From Hyaloraphidium curvatum SAG 235-1 (taxonomy: Eukaryota > Fungi > Monoblepharomycota), in assembly GCA_025558095.1 (NCBI GenBank), contig JAIVFI010000003.1, forward strand, positions 1,054,001 to 1,118,000: a DNA stretch of 64,000 nt, in the 5' to 3' direction. The translations under genes and the position numbers were made by a program. The notes beneath the pieces were generated by a model that saw only the letters and a list, made by a program, of their open reading frames with translations, did not search any database and was not told the DNA's origin. Shown here piece after piece: positions 11,162 through 22,564 of the stretch. Each line of letters opens with the position of its first letter. Position 1 is the stretch's first letter.

Positions 11162-12429
11162 ATGGCCGAGGAGCCGGGGGCGCCGCGCCCGCAGCTCAGC
11201 GCGTCGCAAATCCTCCAGATTTCCACGGCGCTCTCGTCATCGGAGGCCAACGGCTCGTCGCCGTCGCTCGGCGGTGACCTCCGCCGCTCGACGTCCGTCG
11301 GCGCCAACTCGGCGTCGTCCGGCGGCGCGCGCGATCCGCTCGACCCGAAATGGATAGAAATCATGGTGCGCTCCTTGCTCTGGCCGGAGGTACCGGAAAG
11401 GGACCTGATTCGGAGCAGATGGGTAAGGACGACGCGGTGCGAATGCGGGACTGCGGCAAGATCCTCCAGGACCCGACCAAGACCACGGAGGAGAAGCTGG
11501 CGGCATTCGACGAGCTCGAGATGGTGGGCACTCTAGTCATCCGCGCGTTTTGACCCGCAGCTCACGGCGAACCCACAGCTCGTCGAGAGCATGGACAATG
11601 CCAACAGTTCGTGCCTTCCCCTCGCTCTGGGCCCAAAAGGCACCTAGCTGACCTTTGGCTGGCAGATTTGGGAGTGCTGAACCTCTGGAAGCCCATGATC
11701 GAGATCCTGAAGACCAACGAGAACCCCAAGATGAGGCAGTACGCGGCCTGGGTCATGGGCACCAGCGTGCAAAACAACCCCGAGGGGCAGCGGAAGGTCT
11801 GATCGGTTCCGTCGGCCTTGTGCTCGATCGCTCAGATGTTTCGCGGCCAGCTGATGGAGGAAGGAGGACTCGCGCCGGTCGTGCAGGCCTTGAAGGATGA
11901 GAAGGACCTCGAAGCGCGGTCGAGGATCCTCTACTGCATTTCTGGTGAGCCCGATCGATCCCCGTAGCCGCGCCTCTCCTTCACGCGAGCGACGTTGCCA
12001 GGCCTGCTGAAGAAGAACCCGAAAGCGCGGGAGCAGTTCCAGGCGCAGGGCGGGCTCGACACGCTGGCGGACATCCTGAAGAGCACCGGCTCGCCCGGCG
12101 AGGTCGCGCTGCAGCGCAAGGCCGCCTTCATGGTGAAGAACCTCATCGTGGAGGACGAGAGCCTGCTGCCCAAGTTCCGGGACGCGGGTGTGATCGAGGC
12201 CCTGGAGAACATTCTTCTGACGAGCGAGGACCAGGAGCTCGTCGAGAAGCTGCTCGGCGTCGCGATCGTGGTGCTGCGGAGAAATCCCGACGCCATGGCG
12301 CCGGAGCGGAAGGCTCTGCTCAAGGCGGAGCTGGACAACATCCGGAAGCGCGTGACGGGGGAGGAGAACGGGCAGTTCACGCTGGACCCCGAGGACCTGG
12401 AGGACCTCGAGGCGCTGCTGGCGGCGTGA
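11162..12429 (+). CDS. FES1: Hsp70 nucleotide exchange factor Fes1/HspBP1 (ARM repeats), multi-exon
   Basis: LDPKWIEIM|MGKDDAVRM, AFDELEM|LVESMDNAN, AAWVMGTSVQNNP, ILYCIS|GLLK. Confidence 0.88.
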
Positions 12430-12707
12430 AGTGCGGGTCGGCTTCCATGTGTTCTGCGTCTGCTGCGGCGCCTATATCTAGAGTAGATACCGTATTGCCC
12501 GAGTGAAGAACCCCTCCGGCTTCCGAGCACGACAACCCATGCTGCCATTGCACATATTCAAAACAGGTATCCAGTTCGATTGAGATCCGAATCTACAGCG
12601 GGCTCCCGAATGATTGCGAATAGTGCCTCCCTTTCCCCGAGATGTCCCCAAAGGTTTCGCAGGTATCCGGTCCGTCCGTGTCCTCGCATCCTCCCGGCGC
12701 GGCCACA

Positions 12708-13109
12708 TCACGGCGTCATGGCCTCCACCAAGCCCCAGCTGTCCTCCTGCACCCTGTACCTCGACATCAGCCCGTCCTCCACGGTGATGTGCGCCGTAAA
12801 CATGCTTTCGAACACCTTGCCCGTCTTGGTCATCCGCGACGCCAATTCCCCCGTTATAATGCAGTGGTTCCCGTCGAACACCATGTGCTGCAGCTCGAAC
12901 GACACGGGCTCGGCGTTTGCCCACAGCAGCGTGTAGAACTCGCGGATTTCGTCGCGGGTGGTGCGTTTCCCGAGCCACGGGGCGACGGCGGCGTTGCCGG
13001 GCACGAGAAAGTCGCAAGTGGGGGAGTAGCACGCGACGACGGCGTCGAGGTCGCGGCCGCCGAGGGCGGTGAGGAAGGCGGTGATGGCCGGTTGGATGGG
13101 AGACGCCAT
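12708..13109 (-). CDS. SnoaL/NTF2-like family protein, intronless, bacterial-like
   Basis: 133 aa: FLTALGGRDLDAVVACYS...VPGNAAVAPWLGKRTTRDEIREFY...ITVEDGLMSRYRVQEDS; ATG at 13109. Confidence 0.8.
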   Translation of the reverse strand: MASPIQPAITAFLTALGGRDLDAVVACYSPTCDFLVPGNAAVAPWLGKRTTRDEIREFYTLLWANAEPVSFELQHMVFDGNHCIITGELASRMTKTGKVFESMFTAHITVEDGLMSRYRVQEDSWGLVEAMTP

Positions 13110-13423
13110 TTGCGGGGCGCGGGGGGGGAGACTGGGAGACACGGTGCGGTGGCGATGCTCGGCGGGCAGGCGCGGTCGCTGCTTTATGGCCGGGGGTGGT
13201 TCTTCCGTTCGGAGTCGCCTTTTGTCCGGGTCCGTTGGGGAACGTCAGCCAACTCAACGGAGAAACCTCGGTGGCGAACGCCGCACCGAAAACCACCGCC
13301 GCCTCCGCCTCGGGTCAAGGGATCGGTATCTCTAGTCTACCAGGTTCCTTTAGATGGCTGTGGATGACGATGGATTGTGCCTGGTCCGCTGCGGCCTTCG
13401 AGCCGAATAACTCTACTCCCCTC

Positions 13424-14464
13424 TCATCGAGCCGGCCTCCTGAACCTGTACCACCTGTACACGAGCCCCGAATCGTCCTCCTCCAGCTCCATGTCCTCCC
13501 TCCCCTCTTCCTCCAACCTCCCCCGCGCGACGAGCATCCCCATGTGCTCCTCGAAGCGGGCAACCTCGGCAGCGTACTTTTCCCTCAGCGGAAGCACCAC
13601 GTGGCACTCTGGCTCCATCCCCGGGGCGCGGGGCGAGGTGCGGAGGAAACGGTCCGCGACGAGGGGCACGAGCTCGCCGTGTTCGAGCTCGAAGACGCAG
13701 TCGGCCGCGACGACGGAGTCGAACCGGTCGTCTTCTCCGTCCGCGGAGCCGTCCGGTGGCCCGTCGGCCGTCGAGCCGGGTCGGAAGTCCCGCCAGTCCA
13801 GCTTCCGCACCGCGACGCGGTCCCTCTCGCCCTCGGGGACGTTGCTCCCCACGTTCCACGCTGCGTTCCGCAGCAGCGCCTCCTGGTAGTCCGTCAGCAG
13901 CACCTTCTCCGCCCCTCCCGCCAAATACACCATCAGCCCGGCCAGCCCCGTGCCGCACCCGAGCTCCAGCACCGTCCTGCCCTTGAGGTCCAGCCGCCCC
14001 GCGTGCACCAGCTTGGCAAACACCACCGCGGCGCCCCACGTCTGCCACCCGATCCCCGCCTCGACGTACGGCGGCTCCCGCACCCGCAGGCTCAAATCGC
14101 CGAAGCGGAAGCGCCGCACGACGGGGCCTGAGGATCCCTTGCCCGACAGCGCCGAGACGAGCGCGGCCACCCGCTCGACGGGCGCGGACTCCTCGGCCGA
14201 CATGGAGTCCAGCAGCCGCACCAGCCACGGCGTGCACTGCCGCGCCAGCGCCTGCAGGTTCGCCCGGGATTCGGCGGCCTCGGTGCGCGCGTCGAGGGCG
14301 TGCACGTGGTGTTCGAGCGAGAGCGCGATGCGGTCGACGACGGCGAGCGCGGCGTCGGGGCGGGCGAACGACGGGCGGGTGGCCAGCAGCGCAAGCTGGA
14401 GGGCGTCGAAGTACGCGTCGAACGGCGGGAGGTCCCCGGCATCGCGTGATTCGGGGTCGTCCAT
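13424..14464 (-). CDS. Methyltransf_16-family lysine methyltransferase (Efm2-like)
   Basis: LRVREP..AGIGWQTWGAA, VLELGCGTGLAG, LLTDY, LDW, VVAADCVF; ATG at 14464 (MDDPESRD). Confidence 0.85.
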   Translation of the reverse strand: MDDPESRDAGDLPPFDAYFDALQLALLATRPSFARPDAALAVVDRIALSLEHHVHALDARTEAAESRANLQALARQCTPWLVRLLDSMSAEESAPVERVAALVSALSGKGSSGPVVRRFRFGDLSLRVREPPYVEAGIGWQTWGAAVVFAKLVHAGRLDLKGRTVLELGCGTGLAGLMVYLAGGAEKVLLTDYQEALLRNAAWNVGSNVPEGERDRVAVRKLDWRDFRPGSTADGPPDGSADGEDDRFDSVVAADCVFELEHGELVPLVADRFLRTSPRAPGMEPECHVVLPLREKYAAEVARFEEHMGMLVARGRLEEEGREDMELEEDDSGLVYRWYRFRRPAR

Positions 14465-15221
14465 CGGGCGTAAACAAGGAAACAGAGGGGGGCGGCGTCG
14501 TCGGTGCGGCAGGGGGTGCAATCTGGCGTAACCCCGGCGGTCACACGTCGGAGTCGACTCCGACGCACCTCCCGTGCCTCGCGAGGGCAGAAGATCGCCC
14601 CGCTGGGCCGCCATCGCGAAAGAGGCGGTCGCCACCTCTCCCTGCGGACGCCGATCGCATGCTGCGGGCTTGCCCTGCCGGCGTGGCCGGCCCGCCCTCG
14701 GGGGCTGCCGCGAGACGCCGGGTGCGGCATCCGAGGAAGAGGCGGGTTGCCGGCTCGCCCGATGAGCTGAACGTGAGTTGTTTGTCGGCCAGGCTTTTTG
14801 GCCGCGGGCACCGTCAGCGGTGTTTCGACTCACCCCATCGCCCCATTGACCCGGCACCACTCCGGGCCGCCCCTCCCCCGTCGCCCCTCTCAGCGCCACG
14901 CAGACGCGCCCGCGGTTTCGGACGAGTGGGCGGACAGCGGACCGAAGCCGAAGGTGGGCGGGCAGCGGCGGCCGGCCGTTTAGTGCGCCTCCCTAAATCG
15001 CCACCTCCCCTCCCTCGCAGGCCGCTCCAGCGCCCTTCAGGACTCACGTAGCCGGGAAATTAAGTTCTTTCGAGGCCGTCTTAGCGGCTGCCGAGGGGCC
15101 CGCCGACGCCGTCTCGCCGCTGCCGGCGTTCCTGCTGCCGCGAGCCGCGCAGCGCCGCGTCGCCAAGTCGCGGCTACTGCCCTCGCCCGAGCCGCCGCAG
15201 TCGCACTCGAAGCAGGCAAAC

Positions 15222-17710
15222 ATGTCTCTCGTCGACGACGGCCAGCGCAACGGCGGCTGGGACATCGCGCCGCCCAGATCTGACGCCGGGTCGACCGGGT
15301 CGGGAGGCACCGCCGCCGCGTCGCCCTACGGCCCCTTCGGAGCCTACCAGGGCACGCCGAACATGCAGGGTAGCACACGCAGCAACGCGGAGCGCGAGCA
15401 GTTCCTCCGCCAGCAGCTGTACCGCTACGACGACCCCGCCGACGCCCGCGCCGCGTTCGCCCAGCCGTTCCAGCAGCAGGCATCGGCGACCGCCGCCCTG
15501 CAGCAATACGGCGACGGCACCGGCTACCTGGGCACCAACAACGCCGATATCCTCAGCATCGTCTCCAGCGCGGTCCCGTACGGCGCCCCCGCCCGCGAGC
15601 AGCTGCCCGCCTACGCCCAGCTGACGACGCCTCCGTACGCCAACCTGCCGATCGGCGGCTACCTCGGCGGCGAGCGCGCGCCGCCCCCGCCGCAGAGCGA
15701 GTACGAGGCCACGCTGGCCATGATCGAGGCGCTCACGCTGCAGAACCGCGTCGCGGCGCTGGCCAACGCCAACGCCGCCGCGGCCGGGCTGCCTCCCCCG
15801 CCGGCGCCGAGGGGGCAGGGAGGGTACCCGCCCGAGCTCGAGAGAATCAGGCAGAAGCTGTCGCCGGAGGAGTGGGCGCTGCTCGCGCGCGCGACCGCGG
15901 GGGAGGCAAGCTACGGATCGAACGGGGCTGGGTACGGATCGACCGCCGTCGGCTACGGATCGGCTCAGGTGCGGCACCTCGGCTCCGTCGCACGTCGTTT
16001 GCATTGCTGATGGATACGTGGGTTGCCGCGCAGCTCCCCCTGGCCTACGACCGCCGCTCCCGCTCGACCACGATCTCGGGCGTCGCGCCGTACCTCCCCG
16101 GCCCGGGCTACCCCTACGGCACGCACGACCGCAGCCGCAGCCGCGAGGATCTGCTGGTGCCGCGCGGGCCGGACGCAAAGAACAAGAAGGCGGAGCTTTA
16201 CAAGACCGAGCTGTGGTGCGCATGCGCGTCGCGTGCTTGCGTTGGTCGTGCGAGCTGACTTGTGCGCCCTGTGCAGCCGTTCGTGGGAGGAGACAGGTCG
16301 CTGCAGGTTCGTCAGGAGCATTGCGCATGCACACGATGCACGTCTGACGCATCCCCCCCTCTCCCCAGGTACGGCCTCAAGTGCCAGTTCGCGCACGGCG
16401 AGGCCGAGCTCCGCGCCGTCGAGCGGCACCCCAAGTACAAGACCGAGCTGTGCAAGACCTTCTGGGAAACCGGGTGGTGCCCCTACGGCCGGCGGTGCTG
16501 CTTCATCCACACGCAGAGGGACCTGGCAAAGAAGCAGGACGACCTGGAGAAGAACCTGATCGTGCTCAGGAAGCCAGAGAGGAGGAGAGACGAGGAGGGG
16601 GATAACTACGAGGAGAGCGCGCGGTACGGGTTCGGGACGTATGAGGGATACGGCGACGAGAGGTGGGTTGCGGGCCGAGTCGGCCATAAGAATCTTGTCT
16701 GACAGACTCCCATCCACAGGTCCAGGAGCCGCACCACGAGCTACGGCGCCGGCCTCACCAACAAGCCGCCGCGCCTGCAGGCCATGGAAGCCGCCGAGCA
16801 GGCCGCCTACGACATCGGCCTCGACCCGCTCGGCACCTTCGGCCCGCCCGGCCCCCGCGCGGCCCCGTTCGCGCCCCTGGGAGCGATCGGCTCCGAGAAG
16901 GCGGCTGCCGCGGCCCGCTCGGTGTCCCCCCCGCACGGCTATGAAGGGTTCGGCGGCTACGGCGCATCGGGAAGCTACGGCACGCAGCACGAGCCCGGGC
17001 GCTTCGCGGCCGACTGGTCCCTCAGGCCCGAGAGCAAGGAGTTCCTGCCCACCCCCGCCGTGACCCCCGTCCTCGGCGGCGGAAGCAAGGACGCGTACCA
17101 CACGCTCCCGAGGCCCGCCGGCACGGGATCCAGCCTGCTCGGCCTGCTGAGCCCCGACGCCTCGCCGATCCGCGGTCCGCAGCCGCAGGCCACCTCTACG
17201 GGCGACGTCTCGGCCTACACCGACCTCCTCGCCTCGGCCTCCCCTTCGCTGCTCGGCCTGCGCCACGAGACGACGGGCGCAGGCAGGTTCGACGACGGCG
17301 GGATCGGGCTCGCCCCGGCGCCGGACTACTCGCTGCCCTACGGAGCCTGGAGCGGCCACAACGCCGTGTCCTCGGTCGCGAGCACCGACACCCTGATCGA
17401 CCCGCACGGGCACAGGGACCGCGTCGCCGGGCAGGGCGGCCGCGAGGGGGCGGTCGGCAAGCAGGAGGAGGGCAGCGAGTACGATCGGAGCTTCGCGACC
17501 GACGCGGAGCACTACCCCGGCGAGCACGAGCACGAGCACGACGCGGGCTTCGGGTTCGGGTGGGAGGGCGAGGCCGTTTCGGACGGGGGCAAGGAGCGCG
17601 AGGCCGGGTCCGGCGAGGGCAAGGACGGGGACGGCAAGGACGACGGCAAGGCCCCGCAGAGGTTCCTCGGGAGCGGCGTTGACTCGGGCTGGGAAAACTA
17701 CACCTATTGA
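15222..17710 (+). CDS. Tandem CCCH zinc-finger ARE-binding protein (tristetraprolin/Cth1-2/Zfs1 family), multi-exon
   Basis: Spliced LYKTELC|RSWEETGRC|[11 protein letters not shown] and [28 protein letters not shown]; flanks are low complexity. Confidence 0.92.
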
Positions 17711-18199
17711 CCGGCTGCCGGGGGCTTTCGTTTCGGTGCGCGCGGATCGCCGGCATTTTGGCTTCGCGGCGCTTGTATCTGTCTATCGGCATCTTCTTTG
17801 AACGAAAAAGCTACGACGATCGGACGGACCAGGGCACAATTCGGCGCGGACTGGTTGCGGTCGCCAAGCATCGAAAACGGAGGGTATTTCGGGTATTTGA
17901 GCAACGTATACCTGCGGAACGTCTTGGGACATCTACTCGGGGAAGGGAGGCACGGTTTTCAATCGCTCAGAAGCCTGTTGTAGAAGCGTATCTCAATCGC
18001 ACTGGATATCTGCTTTAGCTTCTGTGGTTCGCCAGCGTAGGACGCCCCATGGCAGAGAGGATGAAGGGATACCGCCCAGTGAGGCGAAGCCAACCGGACA
18101 ACAACACATTCCCAGCACGAACACATGCGTAGTCATAATCCCATCGAAACATCCATTTATTCAACACTTTCATCTCTGGCATTCAGGCTGTGTGGCCAA

Positions 18200-20485
18200 T
18201 CACACGAGCAAGGCCACCAGGAAGAGCAGGCCACCGATCCACGTCGATCCAGCAGCAACCAGCCTCCGTCCGCCTGACGGGAGCGGCTTCGGCGGGAAGT
18301 TGGTCCTCGCGTCCACGTCGTACACTGTCCCCGTGGTCACGTTGATCTCGCTGACCCGGGTCAGCGTACCGTCCACCTGGCGCTTGTAGACGTAGTTCGA
18401 ATCAAAGACGACGTTGCGGGTCGTGTTGGACTCGATGTAGCCCAGGAACTGGGCGTTGAACCCGTCGTCGACCCAGCGGTTCCCGCGCACCGTCACGTCC
18501 GATGCCACGCGGACCACGACCGACCCGCGGAACTTCCACTCGCCCACGTACCACGGCTCGGGCACCACCGGCAGGGGCAGCTGGTTCAGGATGGTGTTGT
18601 TCTGCACCAGCACCGCCTGCGCGGCCGAAACCTCGATCGCCGCCCGCGGCGTGTTGACGATCAAGTTGTCCCGGATGCTGACCCCCCTGTTGGGTGACAT
18701 CCCGCCGGGCCTCGCGCGGCCCGTGATCCGCTGCCGCTCCGCGATCCAGGGCAGGCTCATGACCTGGTAGCCCGAGGGCTCCTTGGCGTACACGCTCACG
18801 GCCGTCCCGTTGTACTCGCCGATGAGGTCCACGTCCCGGAACGTGTTCCGTGCGATGAGCACGTTTTCGGCCCCGCTACCTTCGCCCTCCTTCCCGTGCA
18901 CGCGGACGAGGATACCTCCCATTTGGATGTCATGGAACGACGAATCGAGGATGGCGACGTCGTTGCCCTGCACCAGGATCCCGCGGGCGCGGTTGTGGTG
19001 GCACGAGAGGTTGCGCACCACCAGCCTCGAGGCGTCGTAGTCGTTGTTGATCACCATCAGCTTGGACAGGTTGCGGCCCTGGAGGCTCTTGGCATCGAAG
19101 GTGCCGTCCTCGAAAACCAGCGTCCAGTTGCCGCACCCGTCGCCCCTGGCGCTGCGCACGACGCCCAGGCTGTCGCTGAGCAGGCTGTAGCTGGGCAGGC
19201 CGAGAAGCGACGTGCCGTCGCCGGGGAAGTAGTCGATGTACCTGTTCCCGCGGATGTAGACGGCGCTCGAGTTGACGAGCTCGATGCCCGGGGCGACGGG
19301 GATGCCCCCCGAGACGGGCGAGTTGAAGTTGACGCAGTCGTCGCCGTGGTGCGAGATCTCGCTGTTCTCGATCAGCACATTGCCCTTGGTCGAGTCGAAG
19401 AAGAGGCCGTCCGAGGAGCAAGTGATGTGCCGGGTAAGGTTGGTGGTCTGGTGGTCGCCCGGGCCGGGCGGGGCCATGACGAAGCGGTCGAAGTGGACGT
19501 TGGACACGCCGCGCCCAAAGACGAAGGCCTTGCCTGCACAGCCAAAGAGCCGGAAGTTGCGGAAGGTGAGGTGCGTCGACCTGAAGATCCACGCCGCGTG
19601 GAACTCGTAGGTGAAGTGCCTCAGAAGCATCCGGGAACCGATGTCGGGGGTCCGCGTGTTGGGCTTCTCAAAGTCCAGCCTGAAGGTCGTGGCGGTGAGC
19701 CGGGTGAACTCGGGGGCCTTGGCCTGATACACGTAGATCTCGGACCCGTTTATGTTGCCCATCGTGTTGGTCGTCGTGTTGACGGTGTGCACGGACTTGA
19801 ACGCAAAGGTGTCCCTGGGCGTTTCGATGCTGGGAACCTCGAGCATCTCGAGGGTCCACGACGAGTTGGTGGCGGCCAGCACGTTGACCAGGTTGGCGAG
19901 CCTGTAACGGCTCCAGTCCCAATCCATCGCGATATTGCGGACTTCGCAGCGGGTGCACCGGTCGATGCCCAAGTACGAGCCGTAGATGACGGCCGGGAAG
20001 CCAGGCTCGTAGTCCCGCGGGGTGCAGCTCTGCTCCGCGTAGTTGGGCCGCGGCATGAACTGCGGAGGCCGCGAAAAGACAAACGTCGAGTTCTGCCCGT
20101 CGAAGACGAAGTCCTTGAGGTCGACGATGTTGATGCTCCGGCCGTCGGTGCCACCTTCGACGCGGTAGACCCCGTTCGGCCGGGAGAAGGTGACCACGCA
20201 GCCGCCGGTCACGTTGTGGCACGCCTGAATGGCATTGTTGAGCGCCACCGTGATGTCCGGGTCGGAGGGAGACGCGCCAAAGTCCGTGTCGACGAGGCGG
20301 ACCGTCGGCCGGGAGAGCTGCGGCGAATCGATGGTGATGTCGAACCACGGCTCGGTGGCCGTGAGAGCGGGAAAAGTCAGGGATTGGGCCGCCGCCATAG
20401 AGGTGGAGGAGGCCAGGAAGGCGAGGTTTGCAGCGAGCGCTGCCAGCAGCGGGATCCGGCGCCGGGTGGAGCTCGGCCGCCGCAT
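18200..20485 (-). CDS. Secreted, probably GPI- or membrane-anchored parallel beta-helix glycosidase (GH110-like), intronless
   Basis: Signal-like LLAALAANLAFLASSTSMAAAQ; TDFGASP..DITVALNNAIQAC; SDGLFFDSTKGNVLIENSEISHHGDDCVNF; NRARGILVQ; hydrophobic C-terminus WIGGLLFLVALLV. Confidence 0.72.
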   Translation of the reverse strand: MRRPSSTRRRIPLLAALAANLAFLASSTSMAAAQSLTFPALTATEPWFDITIDSPQLSRPTVRLVDTDFGASPSDPDITVALNNAIQACHNVTGGCVVTFSRPNGVYRVEGGTDGRSINIVDLKDFVFDGQNSTFVFSRPPQFMPRPNYAEQSCTPRDYEPGFPAVIYGSYLGIDRCTRCEVRNIAMDWDWSRYRLANLVNVLAATNSSWTLEMLEVPSIETPRDTFAFKSVHTVNTTTNTMGNINGSEIYVYQAKAPEFTRLTATTFRLDFEKPNTRTPDIGSRMLLRHFTYEFHAAWIFRSTHLTFRNFRLFGCAGKAFVFGRGVSNVHFDRFVMAPPGPGDHQTTNLTRHITCSSDGLFFDSTKGNVLIENSEISHHGDDCVNFNSPVSGGIPVAPGIELVNSSAVYIRGNRYIDYFPGDGTSLLGLPSYSLLSDSLGVVRSARGDGCGNWTLVFEDGTFDAKSLQGRNLSKLMVINNDYDASRLVVRNLSCHHNRARGILVQGNDVAILDSSFHDIQMGGILVRVHGKEGEGSGAENVLIARNTFRDVDLIGEYNGTAVSVYAKEPSGYQVMSLPWIAERQRITGRARPGGMSPNRGVSIRDNLIVNTPRAAIEVSAAQAVLVQNNTILNQLPLPVVPEPWYVGEWKFRGSVVVRVASDVTVRGNRWVDDGFNAQFLGYIESNTTRNVVFDSNYVYKRQVDGTLTRVSEINVTTGTVYDVDARTNFPPKPLPSGGRRLVAAGSTWIGGLLFLVALLV

Positions 20486-21012
20486 CGTGCGTTCGGGGGG
20501 TCCCGAAGGACAAAATGAGAGCGAAGGGAAAGTCGTGGAGACTAAACGAGAAGGTTGAAGAGGTGCTGAGGGCACCGACGAGAGAGTCCTGACGACGAGT
20601 CACAGAGCGCTGTGGCTGAGGTGCGGCGAAGGAAGAGGATCGGTGATTCCAAATCCCATCGCACACCATCGATTCTTGAAGAATCCGAGGCGCCATGCAT
20701 CCCTAGGGAATGCTACTTGAGTCTGCGATCGCCCGTCTGTTGTTTTGTGGTGGATGCGTGTGTGAAGTGTGCGAGTCAATCGAGATGAGTCGAAGTGGGC
20801 CAACCGCGGCCGCTTTCGCCGTCAATCCAGAGACTGGTGAATGAAGACTGACAATATCTGCAAAGCAGTTTGTTGCCGATGAGGACACTTCTGTGGCTTG
20901 GGGTTGGGTTGAATCATCCCGGGTTGAATCATCGGGCACGGTGTGCAGGGACGCTGCCGCTCGCGAGCCAAATCCAAGCGACACTCACTGCGAATCAGAC
21001 TCGAAGCCGAAC

Positions 21013-22107
21013 ATGCCGGCCAAATCGCAACCTCCTTCTACTGTTCCAGTAATTCACGAGCTCGCCGTCTACGATTACCGCGGCTGCTGGCGCTCCTTCG
21101 AGCGCGTTACCGAAGCCGTGCGGGTTGTTGCGCTCACCGCCGAGATGGCCATCCGGAACGAATTGCGGCTGAGAGCCGACCGATGAGAAAATAACGTTCT
21201 CGCGGGGGACAAGTGGCGATGCGTCCATTGCGGCCGAAAGAAACAGTCATGGTGGAAGCAGGACGTGGAGCGTCGGTACCCAGAGGACGACGATTGAGGG
21301 TGCAATGCCACCGCGATGCTGCTCGTTATTGCCGTGCCATATTGTACCCAGCCGAGTTGTTCAGCTGCGGCGCGTAAGATCATGGAAGAGCGCGTGCGGG
21401 CCATCAAGAAGTGGGCGGCGGAGGCAGGCGGTCTCAAGCCCTCCGCGGCGCCGAGGCTGACCGTTTTCACGGAATTGATGGAATGGGACTTGTCTTCTCG
21501 GATCCTTTTCTGGCAGGAGGATTGCACCAAAGAGGCGTTGAAGCTGCGAGAAACCGGTATAGGAGGGCAGCTCAAATTCACACAAATTGCGAGCTCGTTG
21601 GCCTTTCAAGGCACGTTTGCGCAGATCGAAAAGACGGAAATCAATTGCTATGCCTGCGGAGAGCCGGCCCATTTCAGCGGGAAGCTGTCGCGGATGGCGA
21701 GCCTTCAAGTGCCGCGCGATGAACACCCGGCGAAGGCGGCAATCCAGATCAAGATTTGGCCATCATGCGAGCGCCTGGAATGCGTCAAGGCGTGTGTCGC
21801 GGCCTCACGTAGTTATCGAAAGGAAGCAATCGAGCGGAACGAAGTACTTGGTGTACCCACGCACCACTGCCAGAACTGCCGTGCCGCCACGCGACTGAAC
21901 ATGAGGTGCTCGCGATGCCACCATGCCCACTACTGCAGCCGCAAGTGCCAAAAGGCGCACTGGCCGAAGCACAAGAAGAAGTGCACGCCTCCTGCGGGAA
22001 ATGGAGATGGTCGTGCGGAGGACGCGGGCGACGATGACGCAGAGGTGCTGGACGATGTGGCGGGGATCGATCTTGTTGAAAGACACGATGTCATTTTGCA
22101 AGATTAG
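21013..22107 (+). pseudogene. MYND zinc-finger gene with two upstream Cys modules, interrupted by two in-frame TGA stops
   Basis: One frame runs from ATG 21013 with TGA at 21184-21186 and 21295-21297. It contains WRCVHCG...PYCTQPSC, NCYACG...PSCERLEC and the MYND CQNC..CSRC..YCSRKCQKAHWPKHKKKC. The downstream ORF 21316-22107 is intact. Confidence 0.65.
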
Positions 22108-22564
22108 ACGGAGTGTTGGGGCTCGTCGTTGCGGGAGGTGAGGAAGTCATCGGTGACTCGGACCGATGAGGGCGTCGACGAACTGGGGACCGCATCGCGG
22201 CGATGTAGATCCGCCCGAGGGAACCGGCGCTCGCAGCAGGTTGCTTCGAGTCCAATAGACCTGCTACCGGCCGCCGATCCGCCCGGTTCTGAATGCATGC
22301 GCGGCCATGAGGGGGATGGAGGTGATGAAAAGGGTTCTCAATTAGAGGCCCGTCGCGGTCGTTGGGGGGCAGCCAGCCCGCCATCCACCCCAGCAGATCA
22401 ACAAAGGGCTAGATATATGCCACCTGCTTAGTTTTTCAAGGCGTTTCCGCTACACTCGGGGCCATGGGAGCGGACGGAGTGTGCTGAAGGCGTGTTGGCG
22501 GCGCAGGCCTGATCTCTCGCCGCAGCCCAGCTTTCCCCCACACGAGAAACGCCCCTTTCGCACC

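Noticed and set aside
20906-20933. Direct repeat GGGTTGAATCATC x2
   Set aside because: A short local duplication with no evidence of function.
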